The notes beneath the pieces were generated by a model. It searched no databases. It worked only from the letters and a program-made list of their open reading frames with translations, and was not told where the DNA came from. A stretch of 64,000 bases of DNA, filler included, from Basidioascus undulatus (Eukaryota), in NCBI GenBank assembly GCA_000826855.1. It is 9 parts of 9 records of this genome, joined end to end, with 100 filler letters (N's around TTAATTAATTAA, not from the genome) between each part and the next. Parts side by side here need not be neighbours in the genome. Positions count along the whole stretch, not along the records: positions 1 to 7,127 come from JTLS01001604.1; positions 7,228 to 14,353 come from JTLS01001605.1; 7 more parts are not named here. One strand, written 5' to 3'. Positions 1 through 12,639 of the stretch are shown here, one piece after another. Each line of letters starts with the position of its first letter. Positions within the stretch are counted from its first letter, which is position 1. The translations under genes and the position numbers were made by a program.

Positions 1-213
1 CGCGCCGCCCGCGCCGCCGTCGGCGCGGCCGCGCCCGCTGCCGACGCCGAGGACCTCGACGGCGGCGACGGCACGGGCACGCCTGCTGCCAAGCCTCGCA
101 AGCGGGCGAAGAAGGGCGAGGGCAAGGCGAAGGAGCCCAAGGAGCCCAAGAAGCGCGGTCGACCGAAGAAGCAGGCCGCGCCCAAGCCTGAAGCTGCTCC
201 TCCGGACATCTGA
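1..213 (+). CDS. 3' end of a Lys/Ala-rich protein with an AT-hook-like motif (5' partial)
   Basis: Frame 1 is open from base 1 to TGA at 211-213 and reads ...KPRKRAKKGEGKAKEPKEPKKRGRPKKQAAPKPEAAPPDI*. KRGRPKK matches the AT-hook core. Codon usage is GC3-rich. Confidence 0.6.
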   Translation, partial: RAARAAVGAAAPAADAEDLDGGDGTGTPAAKPRKRAKKGEGKAKEPKEPKKRGRPKKQAAPKPEAAPPDI

Positions 214-968
214 TCCCTTCGCTGCTTTCTTGCCGTTCCTTCGCGTTCTCGTTCTCATTCCCGTCTCGCTCGCTCATCGTTCAATCGCATGTCTCGCATC
301 TTCAACCTCTATGTCTGTTTATCACTTCGATCACGGCGATCTGTTCGCATTACTGTCATGTACGCTAGACATCTCGCACGACGCATCTTGTACCTGAAAA
401 TCTGCGCAGTCTGTCGGCAGGCTTGAGCCGCCCGCTAACCGCCTGTAACTTCACTCGCACATGCCGAACGCCTTCAAAATACATTGATGCACGTCAAGTC
501 AATTAGGCATAGCCAGCCCCCCACATCGCCTCGCACGAAATGTCACTTGCGCCCCGCTCCCAGCTCCGCCCATATCGCATCGGTCGCCACCACCGGTGCC
601 TTGATAACTGCAGGTTGGCTCCCATCCGTCACTCTTCAGCCCGAACGACCAAGCGCTTATCACCACCTTCCCTTCGCCTCCAATTTCTTCGTCGCTAGCC
701 CTCCTCGTCCTGTTGAACCGCTCGCCCCCGGCCGCAGCCGTAACGTGAAGGTCCGACGCGCGGACATCGAAGGGGTAGATGAACGCACCTGCGCTGTGCG
801 TGGTGAGCGGGTCCTTCACTCCCGCGGTGTGACGAAAAAAAGTTGACTGCATCGTGCTGTGCCGCACTGAATCCACGCGCAGTCCCGCTCTCCGCGCGAC
901 GAGTTCACGCCGCGCTGATTTTTCTGCTTTCTCCCAGTCCCGCCATCTTTGTTACCAGAATATCGAAG

Positions 969-3092
969 ATGCCAGAGAAAGAACGTGCCCCCTAGTGAAT
1001 GGCAGATTGCTTCTGCATCAATGAGCGTAGTTCTTAAAAGGGTTCTTCAGCGAGGGAACATATGGGTCTCTTCTCGTGCGTTTCTCTGGTTTACCTCTGA
1101 TATCATTTCTCAATTGAATCAATGGAGAACAAGGCCTGTATCGATGTTGGAACGACGTTCTCGGACTTCTCTTACCCGATTCTCATCCACGGACAAGTCC
1201 CGAGCATTCGTCAGGTCGTCCAGTTTCCCGGTCAACAGAACACGGCGGGAGACTACAAGATCCCCGTAAATTCTACTACAATAAGTACGGTCAAGGCGAG
1301 GTTTTCAGAGCAGAGGCAGAGGACACCGCCTAGATCAATTCTGCCAACAAGAACCGCTGGGAGCTGGCCAAATGGTACGCCCGCCCTGGCAGGCTCAAGC
1401 TGGTCAGGAAGGAGGAACCCTACTGAGTTCACCGTCTTTCGTCTCAGGTTCAAACTCTACTTCCAGCCTTCTGAGCTCGTCTCGGACACACCTGAGCTTG
1501 CCACAGCCTACAATATCGAGAGGACCACGCCTTTCCGTGTGAGCGAGGCGGCAAAGGCAGACTTTAAGTAGCTCAAGTCTTGTCGACTCGTAACTTTCCT
1601 GACTTTTCAGCTCGAGCTTGTCTGTGTGCGTCCTGAAAGTAAGAAAGAGTTGCGGGATCATGGTGGAAATGGAGCGTGCCTTGGACGACGATCGCACCGG
1701 CCAGACGATCTTTCAGGAAAAGGAAGCGAGTACAACACTCCGGCCAAGACGGACGCCATCATGTGCGACTTCGAGATGAAGAAGCGCAAGTTTGCAACGG
1801 AGAAGGAGGACCTCTTTCTCAAGGTGGCGCCTCGCTTCAAGTCTGAACCGAAGCTCGGCATCGAAAGCGGAACATTGAAGATTCCGGGGTGGGTCCATTC
1901 ATTCCGTCATACCTTCAGGTCTAGACCTGTAGGGCTGATGCAACACAACTATTGGTTAGCACCGAAGTTGCAAAGTTTTTCAACCCTCTCTTGTTGTCAT
2001 CTCGCAGGCTATGCTTGACATGGTCAAGGCGCCTGGCGACAAGGCGAGGTGAGTAAAATGAAATACCTGGGTCTTGGCTTTTGGTGTAGCTGAAGCCGCC
2101 TGCTTGCTGCAGCGCATCATCTTCGTCGGCGGTTTCGCTAAGAGCCCGTACCTTCTCGCTGAACTGCAGAAGCGCCTCAAGGCCAAGGGGATCGAGATCA
2201 TCCGTCCGGACACCCACGCGTGAGAATCGTTCTTTTGGGGAAAATCGCCGCAGGCTGACAGCTGTTGTTACGCGTTTCTTTTCTCGGCAGGGCCAAGGCC
2301 GCTGCGCAAGGCGTGTCGGCTGAAGCTCAACAACATCGTTACGTTGAGAGTCGCACGCCGGCACTACGGACTGAGCGTTTTCGAGGAGTACCGAGCTGGA
2401 TCAAGCCGCCATGAGGGGCTAAAGGTGGACAGAACTACGTTACCGGTCATGACTGTGTGTTCAACTTGTATACGTCCGTCCTTGAGAAGGTACTGTCTTG
2501 TCTCCCCCTCTTCGTTTTGGGCCGCGGCTGACCTAAGTGACTAAGTGTATAGAGGAGGCAAGTCCACGAAACCGAAGAGTACCGTCACTTCTTCCAGCAA
2601 GTAGCCGTCAGCACCGCGGTAGACGACTTGAAGGTATACACGGTCGAGATCTACACTGATCCGGTCGACCCCCCGATCTTCATGGGCTCGAAGCGTACGT
2701 CGTACACTAGTTCTGCACGGTGACTCAAAGTATTCTGACCCACCCTTTCTTCCTGTCAGCCGCTTCGAACGGTTTCGTCAAGGCGTTCACTGTCCAAGGA
2801 AACCGTGAGAACGTGGCGAAGAACGCGACCCGACCCCACATGCCGACAAAGGCTTGGGACTTGGTCGCCGCCGACTTCGAAATTACCTTAACCATTCGAA
2901 GCTCCGAAGAAATTCTAGTCACTGATACTCTCGTACCTTCTAGGTTCGGCACGACGGAGTTCGAGGCGTTCGTGGTGTGGGAGGAGAACGGCCGTGAAAT
3001 GCGGTGAGTCGCACGACCCCCAATATTCCGCAAAGTTTGATCTGTGGAATCAGTACTGACCAAGACCGGCCACCGTCCTCTACGAGGACTGA
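969..3092 (+). pseudogene. Fungal Hsp70-like (HSPA12-type, actin-like ATPase fold) pseudogene
   Basis: Spliced N-terminus MPEKERAPY/EGTYGSLL/ACIDVGTTFS (phosphate-1 motif). Further motifs: FPGQQNTAGDYKIP, FKLYFQP, IIFVGGFAKSPYLLAELQKRL, RVARRHYG, FGTTEFEAFVVWEENG. Lesions: in-frame TAG at 1569-1571, a frameshift near 2310, and no visible central DxGGGT segment. Confidence 0.75.
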
Positions 3093-3649
3093 GACTGCGT
3101 GCGCTTCCAGTGAAACCAAGCGAAGTGAAGGGACACTTCTTCTCAAGACGTTATGTATCTTTGAATTGAACGGTAGTCTACGTGCCGCTTAATACATCTA
3201 ATTGGCACTCCGGGAAAGACTTGTTGGTTGTCCCATACAAGTCGGTGTTTGTTGCTCCTTGTGCTCGGAAAGCCTCACCGCGAAGTTACACGAACGAGCG
3301 TTTTGAACACATTGACTCCCTAGGGCACAGCTAAGAATACTTGTACTTGGGAAGACGCGGACAAAACAGGGGTATTGCACGGATGAGTCCTCGCGGATTC
3401 CGGACGCTTGTCCGCCAGTCAAGTCGCAGCGCCTTTCAATTTGAGTTGTCGGGTGCTAGTACCGTAAAAAGGAGTCTAAATTTCGCAACAAAGGCGAGAC
3501 GGTGTAATCCAAAACGAATAAATACAGGTCCTCTAACGGCTTGCGGCGGTCGCATCTCGTCCGCCCAAAGTGCAGCGCGACCAGACACGCTTCCCCAAGC
3601 CGTTTGTCCATGTAATGCATGTTCCTTCCACGCACCTGCCCAGGCGACT

Positions 3650-5820
3650 CTACAGCCCAGGCAGGACCCATTTCTTCGCTCCCGCAACGCGCGGCCATTT
3701 CCGCAGACAGCTCATGCGATGGAGGTCTGTCCGCGTGCGCACCGTCAGTCGGTGCACTCGCGAGTGAAGGAAAAGAGGCAGGGGGAAGCAGGAGGGAGAA
3801 GGCAGAGATAATGAAAGGAGACGCACCGACAGAAGAGTACGGGTCGCAGTGGCAGCGGTGCATGTTCTTGTCGTGCGCAGGACAGTGGGTCCTTCCATCA
3901 TCATCATCCGAACATGCATCAGTACCCCTCCCAGATCGCACATCCAATCATTCGTTTTAACTTACATCGGAATATGATAGTACCCTGATCCATCCGCGCC
4001 GCACATCAGCCTGCCTTGCCCCTGAAGAAACAAAGGGCGCAAGGAAGAGGGGGCGCTACCTATAGGTTCCAAAAACTCGATCTGGTCCTTCGGGAGGAGG
4101 AGGCAGGCGGCGATGGAGTGCACGGGGGCGTCGCCCCATCGCTGAGCGTGTGTCAGATCAGGAGATGGAAGCAGCAGGGATGAGGGAAGAGAGGGACGAA
4201 CCTCGAGGTAGAACCCGCCCTTCGAATCGAGGAACTCGAAGAAGGCTTGATACGCTGGGGAGCGCCATAAGTTGAGGTTGGCTGGCCCGAAGAGAGAAAG
4301 TCAGCTTCGGAATCAGACGACGATTACAAAGGAAGATGGAGGAGCGTACCGATCTCGAAGTTGCTCTGCGCGATGGGGCGTGAGGCTAGTGATTGAGGGT
4401 GGGAGGGATATGGGAAAGGGAACGGACCCAGAAGTGACACCTGTGGTTCGCTCGCGGATTAATGGTGGTGGAAGACAAGAGGAAATGTAGGTGAGATTGG
4501 GAGCGCACCCGTTGTACGTCTCTCCCTCGTCGTCGGAAATGAACCGCATCGCGTTGTCCTCCGCTATATACTGCGGGTAGAGTTTCATAAACTCTACACG
4601 CGGAGGGTGCAATGTCAGTCTCCTTGCGGAAGGGTAAGATGGGGAGGGCTGCAAGCGCACCTTTCACTGCGTCCCAGAGAGTCGGGATCGTCTCGGCGTA
4701 TTCGACTAGGGATATCGTCCACCCTAGTCGATCGAAGATCTTGGGTCAATATTGCAGGAGCGTGCGGTGCGGATGGAAGGGGGAGAGTGAGCGCACCGTA
4801 AGAAATGTTCTTCTCGACCATGTGCCGGAACGGGTCTTGGTCGATTGCGTCGAGGTCGCAGGGGAAGTTGGTTCCTGGTCTGGTATTGCAGCATGTGAGC
4901 AGTTTAGGATGAGGGATGCGGAGACAAGAGGGGGAGAGGAGGAGGAAGATGAGGAGGGGAGAAGAACGCACTCGACGCGCCAGTAGTAATCGTACTCTTC
5001 CAGAAGCGGGTGGCGGTAGAAAAACCCGCTCTGGAAGCGACACATATTCCTTTCCAAGCCCACATCGTTTCAGCCCACGGTCTGTAGCATGATGTATGGT
5101 TCCCGGCGGACGCACCGGTACGACACCGAGTCTGACCCCACCATTTCAGTGTCAGCACTGGAATGAATAAGATCGAGGGACGGGGATGTGGAAGGTGGAG
5201 GAATCCGTACCTCCATACAGCACCCCCTTCGCCTTCATCTCCTCCCGCGCCTTCGTCGCCTTCTCCTCGTCGATCCAGTCCGGCTGGACCCAATGCTCCA
5301 CCGGCACCAGGCCGTACTTTGCGTTGGTGGAAATTAGGGCGCTCGTGCGACTGTCAATCCCGACGACGAGAGTGTTTCTCAGCAAAGCTTTTTTAAATAT
5401 AAAATCGAATGGAAGAAGGAGGGAGGGCAGGGAGACGGACCGCTTGAAATCGGTGTGGAATTCCTTGTCATTGAGGAAGACATAGTCGTACCCTCCTCCC
5501 GGCCCAGAGTTAAACCTGTCCTCGAGCGAGCGGATCGAAGGCAGCAACGAAAACAGCTCCTCGTTCCTCGCGAGGATGACGAAGCACGCTTTTGGGCGGG
5601 GTGGTGCGGCCAGCTCGGAGGGTGTTCGAGGGGACGTGAGGCCGGGGATGGGCGAGAGGAGGTACAGAACGGCAGAGGTTATCTGATCCGTTCCAGGTCT
5701 GGTAAGAGGACATTGGTGGTACAAAATTTGGGATTGGGAGTTGGCTAAGGGACTGGAAAGCGAAACGCGAGACGAACGAGGATGGTCGTGAGGAAGCTCA
5801 GGAAGAAGAGCCGCGAACAT
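3650..5820 (-). CDS. Alpha-1,2-mannosyltransferase, KRE2/KTR family (GT15), multi-exon
   Basis: Motifs [79 protein letters not shown] and [12 protein letters not shown], separated by GT-AG introns. Confidence 0.93.
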
Positions 5821-6095
5821 GGTATGCGGGGGAGCATTGCGGACTGGGCAGCGTGTCGATCGAAAAATGAGGGTGAGTATCAGCTCCGAATAATCAGTTG
5901 ATATCGAATGCGTCAGTTTCGATGAGGATGAGGTTGTGGTTGAAGTACAGGCGGCAGTCGTGCGTTGTCTTCCTGCCTATCCGGCCCCATCCGCGGATCT
6001 TCCACCCCAAAATCACATGCAATCAACTTTCCTGCCTGCCTGCCTTCCCCCTTCACTTTCACCTTCCCTCCCGGCCCTACACTCCAACCCCCCCA

Positions 6096-7127
6096 ATGGC
6101 GAAGCCCAAGCTCAAGTCCTCTCTCGCCGCACACCAATCGCGCGCCGCCCAAGCCGCGCGCCTCGCAGCCGCCGAAGAGGCAGCGAAGCGCAAAGCCGCG
6201 AGCGTGAAGGGCGGTGCGGGCGGTGGGAGAAAGCGGTCGCGGCCTGGGGAGGCGGAGGGCGAGCAGCAGCAGCAGCGGGCGAGGAAAAAGATGAGGGCGA
6301 CCGTGCCGTTTGATGCACTCGATTCGGTGTTGCTGGTTGGTGAAGGTGCGTTTTCGCGTCTGGAGGGGAAGGATGGGCGAGGGGAGACTGAGCAAGGCGC
6401 GGAGGACAGGAAACTTCTCGTTCTCGATTTCGCTTGTGGTCGACCACCGGTTACCGGGCCACCAGTTGGTGTGTACCGCGTACGATTCATCCGAGGTGCG
6501 TTCGATTCCATACAACTCTCCTATCCCCTCGCCCGCTAAGTCGACCGCGGTCCCCAGTCCTGCTTCTCAAAATACCCCGACGCCTCCGACCACGTCGCCT
6601 GCCTCCGCAAGGCCGGCGCGACCGTACTATTCTCCGTGGACGCCGGGGCGCTGGGCAAAGTGAAGGAGTTGAAGGCCAAGCGGTTCAGCAAGGTGTACTT
6701 TGGGTTCCCGCATGTCGGTGCGTCGCTGCCTTCCCCTTCCCTCATATCCTGTATCTCGTACTGACTGGAGCAACTGGAATACCTCAGGCTTGGGGATCAA
6801 AGACCAAGACCGCAATGTTTCCGCAAACCAGACGCTCCTCCTCCGCTTCCTCCGCTCGGCCGCGACGCTCCTCACTGACGGGCCGCCGCCCGCCGCGCTG
6901 GCTGCGCAGGCCAAGAGAAAAGGGAAGGGGAAGAGGAAGGAGGGCGACGATAGCGATGGAGAAGAGGCAGACAGCGGGGTGAGCGACTTCGAGGAGGACG
7001 AGGACGAGGCGGAGCGGGTTGTGCGGGAGCTTGCGGAGGCGAAGCAGAAAGGGGGGTTCCGCTCCCCAAATCGCGCCGGGACAGTGCTCATCGCACTCCG
7101 CGAAGGCCTGTGGGTCCCTTCTCCGTC
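6096..7127 (+). CDS. BMT5: 25S rRNA (uridine-N3)-methyltransferase BMT5-like (DUF2431), 3' partial
   Basis: VLLVGEG/NFSFS, VCTAYDS, KYPDA, VLFSVDA, FGFPHVG/LGIKDQDRNVSANQTLLLRFLRSA. Truncated by the contig end. Confidence 0.9.
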
Positions 7128-7227
7128 NNNNNNNNNNNNNNNNNNNNNNNNNNNNNNNNNNNNNNNNNNNNTTAATTAATTAANNNNNNNNNNNNNNNNN
7201 NNNNNNNNNNNNNNNNNNNNNNNNNNN
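7128..7227. other. Artificial contig linker (44N-TTAATTAATTAA-44N)
   Basis: Identical 100-bp spacer with stop codons in all six frames. Confidence 0.99.
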
Positions 7228-7605
7228 CGCCCAGACCCAGAGGAGGAGCCGGGTGAGGAACCATCGGTTTCGTCTGCGCGAGGTCGCGGCTGCTGCGATA
7301 GCGGAGGAGGAAGATGAGGAAGATGATGAGGAGGAGGATGAAGAGGCAGAGGAGCGTCGGGAGGAGAAGGCGGAGGCGCGGGATGGCTTGCGGAAGAGGG
7401 AGGGCGTCCGGTCGGGTGGTGTCGGTGTCGGTGCGGGGGGTGGTTGTGCGGGTGACGGGGAGGAATTAGATGGGGATAACGTGGATGATGGGGTTGGAGA
7501 GAGAGAGGAAGGAGAGTCTGCGAGGGTCGGCGGCGGGTCGGCGAGCTGCCTGCTCGCGGTGAGCGGGGGCGTGAGGATGGTGTCGAGCAGCTTGAGCGAG
7601 TTCAT
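7228..7605 (-). CDS. N-terminus of a possible Nem1-like phosphatase (3' partial)
   Basis: Starts MNSLKLLD, then a Ser/Pro-rich tract and a basic-hydrophobic segment RRRNRWFLTRLLLWVW. This resembles fungal Nem1 N-termini, but no catalytic domain lies in the contig. Confidence 0.35.
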
Positions 7606-9880
7606 CGCGCCTCGCTAGCTAGCTGTCCCTGCTCGCTACCGCGTACTGGGTCCGATAATGATGGGCAGCAGCAGCAGAGAGCGGGTGGGTGGCCGGGCGG
7701 TATGCCGAGCAGAGCAGTGTGCGAAGCGAAGCCAGGTGCGCTGATCGACTCGTCGCGAGTGCGCCGGAACTCGGTGCGGCGGCGCGGCGGCGAGGGCGGC
7801 GCTGACAGCGAAGACTCCACCGGTGTAGTTATTTCTTGCCCCGCCTAACCGGACTGAAAAACTATAACTGCCTGCGCAAAGATGAGGACGGCGGGGCGGG
7901 CGAGGAGGAGAGAGTGAGAGCCAGAGAGTAGGCATCGTCTGACGTCGCGTCGCGTCCGTCGGCTGTCACTGGGGGCGTGGACCGGCTCGCCCCCGCCGCA
8001 TTAAGGCGGTGTCCCCAGTGAGTGAGCAGGCTCGCTGTCCTCGCTGACGCCCCATCGCGACAGTGCGACCGCGAGCAAGGATCGTTGTACTTAGGGAACG
8101 GAACCTGGTTTGAATTGAGTCTTTCAATGTGAGAGTGATATTCAGTGCCGTTCAGTCCGTCACGGTGTCATGCAGTGCCGTTTCACCGCAACTGTCCATG
8201 TCAAGCGCCGTGGGGCTTTCATGTACGAATCGAGTGTCCAGGAGCTGCTCTTGGCCTGAGTAGTGCTTCTTGGTGCATGTCCTTTCCTTTATTATTTATT
8301 GATCACACCACCAACGAAGTTGGCAATTCAACAACAACGCGAAGACACGGCAGGTGGCAGTGCAGGTGGCCCTCATCAACCCTCACACATCCTCAGGCTG
8401 CTTCTCCATGTGCGTGTCCAACCAGCCCTCCACGCCATTACTGGCACCAGGGGCTTTACTCCCCAGCACCCACTTAGACTGTGCCTCTGAGGCTGGCACT
8501 GCAGTGCATGGTCCTCTTCAAACAGTGCCCCAACTCTCAAGTAACGGCATATCGACCGGGACACCAGAACGCGAGTCGAGCCCGCCAACCCAGACTTCAT
8601 TACTAGGAATACTGGTCTCAGGAGCATTAAAACTGTTTAATAATTGAGCCAGCACGGCGCACGACTGAACACGATCGCGTCGTAAGAGGAGCCGATACGG
8701 CGGTCCAAACGTGCGCTGCTGCTGCTGTTGGTCCGTTGAGCTGCAAATTAAGAAAAATGCCCACGGTGAGCATTGAGGAGAATGCCGGCAAATAATGTGT
8801 TAGGTAGTACAACAGATCAGCCTGGCACGATTGGCAGTCGGCGTCCACTACCGCTGCAGGTATGCAGATTTGCACAGCACCGGTCTGCGGCGTTTCGCAC
8901 GTGGCTCAGCTAGTCAGCAGCCAGTGAATTGGATATGTTCTTGAGACTGTCAGTTACAAAGTCTGCGTCGATGCGGATAAATCACATGTACGAGCTTACC
9001 ACGAGTTCCCAGCTGCATGTCCTGAGACTCCTTCACCTGAGGTACCATGGTCGGACAGTTGGTGGAAGCCTGCTGCAAGAGGAATCTGCCAACATGGTCT
9101 GGAAGTTGAGCACCTTTCCAGGAGACGTTCTGCGAAGTGCGTTACATAGTCCAAGAGAATGTTCAAGCGGATTTGAACAACATCTACTGCCAGGTTCGTC
9201 GCCCAAAGCTACACCCTTAGCAGGACAAAAGGCAGCATGTGCCGGCACTGGAAACTGCATGCGGCGGATCAGGACAGCCCCTTGGAGCCCACGAATGAAC
9301 ACTTCTTGATATTTCTCTTGCTAGCATTTGTTGAGTACTCTGTTTCCTTATTAAAGCCTTCATCGGACCTTGAGGCGACGGGAGCTTGCATAACGGATTG
9401 CTCGCACGCGCCGGTGTTCCAGCTCGGGCCTCCGGGGGTTCCTCACATAGGAAACATAGTAGCTCTACGAATGGCTGCAAACATTGTTGTTGGCGAACAT
9501 CAGCACCCTGGCTGAATCGGCGCCGGCCTGCCTCACTGATTCCGCTACAGACTGCCGCACCACTGCGCTCTCCGTCCATCGCGCGCTCTCCACCGCACGG
9601 TTCGCGTTAACGCTTCATAGATAAGAAAAAGAGAAAACAGTTCTATGGAAGAACCGAGGAGATTGCAGGCGCATGGTGATCCCACAATCCATCGTTGGGG
9701 CGGTAACATCCCGTTGCTCAGGGTTGACAGCTGACGCTTGCAAGCCACGCGAAAGAGGAGCCTGGCGCGCCTCCCCACGTCTTCGCATTCCAGTCATCTC
9801 CACACCTCCAGAGTGGTGTGCACGGAAGATTCCTTTGCTTCTCCGAGCTGGGTCTTGGGTCCAAGTGGGGTATTCTCGCC

Positions 9881-12607
9881 ATGAAGCGCGCCGCCGCGCC
9901 CTCGACGCCGACGTCGACGCCAGTTTCCTTCCCCGCCGGGGCAGACGGTCGGAAGCCGCCGGGCGCAAAGCGTCCGAAGACGCGTCGAGCATGTGTGTGT
10001 GAGTTCTTCAACTCTTCATGCACTCCTTCTGCCTATACTCACCATGCAAGACTGACATTGACGATGCTGAACTCTGGGTGAAGCGTGCCAGCGCCAGAAG
10101 TCGAGATGCGAGATGCCCGCAGAGGCTTCGCGCAGCTGCCACAGGTGCAACGTTCTGGGATTGAGGTGTGTTTATTCCTCACACCTGCCACAGCTGGTTA
10201 TGAGCAAACTTACACGGTCACCCTCTGCGCATTAGCTGCTCGTTCGAGCAGGAGCCGGGAGACCCATGGGCCGGTCTTGCGAGGCCGAATCAGGAGGCTC
10301 CATCTCAAGCGTGAGGTTCTCCTATCAGCTCATCGCTCACCCCAGCAACTCACTTGGAGAGCGTCCAAAAGATTGCCATATACCGCAGTAGCTCCACCGT
10401 CCCCGGATGTGCAGCCGACGCCCGCCCTCCTCGCTCGACTCGAGCGCGTCGAAGCCGCGCTGTCCCAACACCAAGCGTTACTGCAGGAGCACTCAAGGCT
10501 CCTGGGCAGTTTCGATGACTTTCGTACCCCGGCGCCTACGACCACAGCAACACCATCCTCCTCCTCTTCGACGCTGCCTTCGGCGCTCGCTAGCGATTTG
10601 AACGGGGCGCCCGGATGGCCTGACGGACAGCCCACGCCTGCGCTACCTGGATTGGAAGGCGAGGTTGAGGCTTGGGAGGCGCCCCCGCTATTTGCGCGCG
10701 ATGTCGCTGGCCGCTCGGACGCGGACGGGCCAGGCAATCCGGTAGCGCTGGGCATCATGTCGCAGGCAGAGGCGGCTGAGGCACTCGAACTGTAAGCGCG
10801 GCCGTACACCTTCCCGCCGCCTTCACCGCTGACGACCTGACACCCCGCCGCTCAGATTCGGAACGCGCTACTCTTCCTGGAACTGGCGCTCGCCTGCTGG
10901 CCACTATAGCTACGGTGATTTTTCCTGCACAGCCCTCCTCGCTATCATCGTTTCCTCCCCGCATCCCCCGCCATTCGCGTCTCCCGTCATGCTCGCCCGC
11001 GTCCGACACCTCGTCGACCAACACATCCTCTCGAGCACGCTCAACCCGCGCCCGTCTCTCGACGCTATCGCAGCGTTCGTTCTGCTTGCTATGCTCCACG
11101 TCGGCCCGCGTCCGGGCGACAGCAGCGGGGCAGCGGACGAGCAGCCGTCGGACCCGCTTATGCTCATCGGGCTCGCGCTTCGGATGGCGACGGCGTTGGG
11201 CATGGATCGAGCGGGGATGAGAGTCATGCGCCTGAGGGAAGCGGGGGCGCCTCAGGCAGAGCTGGAGAAGGAATTGACCAACGCTAATATGGTTTGTCCT
11301 GAACCCATCCGTACATCGGTGTGTAAGCGCTGACGCACCACGCCAGTGGTTCAACATTCGGAATCTGGATATCTTGTAATGTCATTTGCCCTCAATTCTC
11401 AAGCTAGAAGCTAACGCACCGCATTACGCAGCTTCATTCTCATACACTCTCCTCGCGCTCTTGTGCCGCTTCCTCCCCAACCTCGCGCAAGTGAAGTTCT
11501 CCCCCTGAATCCGCCAGAATGTCCCTTACCGGTCGTGGACGGTCGAGATCGGTGAGCGTCGAAGCTTCACTTCGTCGGGGCGTGCAATGACATGCGACCG
11601 TCCAACAGCTACATCGTGCTTGCCTCTGCCCTCTTCGAAGCGGCGACGCCGTGCGCCCACGCGGTGCAGGACCTCGAGGACTGTCGCATGCTCGACCACT
11701 CGCTCGACGACGCGATGAGAGCACTTTCTGCGCTCGAACACGATCTCGACCACTGGAGCGCCGACGTTCGGCACACCACAGGTCGGTGCGTTCTTCATCT
11801 GTTCCAACCTAGAGACAGGCTCAGTCTCTCCCTCTTTTTATGCTTCAGCCTTGGCACGCGTACCGGACATGGCCACGACCTTCGATCTTCTCCATCTCGA
11901 GGGCTGGACCGTCCGCGCGCTGCTCGTCCTCCGCCTCATGAAAACCATTCGCTCGCTCCCCTCGCCGCTCCATCCCGACGTACGCGACGTCCCCTACGCG
12001 CGAGCGCACGCGGCGTTCCGGCACGCCACGCGCGGGCTCTTCCATATCGCAACGAACTGCGAGCTCCAATGCGCGGCACAGCACTGTGCGTTCTGATCTC
12101 CACGGCTCAATTCTAACCAGCTTCACAGACTCACGCGTTATCACGCCTTCTTCCGCAGTCTACACCACCCTCGCCCTCCTCTGCGCGATCGTGCTGTGCA
12201 TCGAGATCGGTACAGCTCGAGGCGGCCTCGCTTGCCCGGAAGGCGCGTGCGACGTCGATGTCGGACCGACGCTTTCCAAGCTCCGCGCCATCGGCGGCTG
12301 GCCGGCAGTGTGCGAGCGCAAGGTGCGCGAGCTTGCCGCGCATTGGGACGCGGAAGCCGCGGCGGCGGCGGCGGCGGCTGCCGCTGCGTCGGAGCACATC
12401 CAACCCGCCCTGCCGCAGCCGTACTTCGGGCCTATAGCCCACGCACATACCACATTCTTCCCTACCGGCAACGCGCTGCCGCTTGACGTGAGCGGGTTCT
12501 CCCTCGAGGCGGGCGCACCGGGGACGATCAGCGCCGCACTCGACGCGCCGTACTGGTTTCCCCCTTTTACCATTGTTAATGATGCGCAGTATCCCGGACC
12601 CCAATAG
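9881..12607 (+). CDS. Zn(II)2Cys6 fungal transcription factor, multi-exon
   Basis: Spliced RRACVSCQRQKSRCEMPAEASRSCHRCNVLGLSCSF gives six Cys in Zn-cluster spacing. Then LLARLERVEAAL dimerisation coil, NPVALGIMSQAEA, and LIGLALRMATALGM middle homology region. Confidence 0.9.
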
Positions 12608-12639
12608 ATAGAGGATTTAGAGCACGTGTTCTGGGTGGT

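Noticed and set aside
8340..8545. CpG-poor patch, possibly a transposon relic
   Set aside because: Too short, with no recognisable motif or termini.
9990..10090. Apparent loss of the first Cys pair or a mutated splice acceptor in the Zn2Cys6 gene
   Set aside because: The GTGAGT donor with the GAAG|CG acceptor restores CVSC and all six cysteines.
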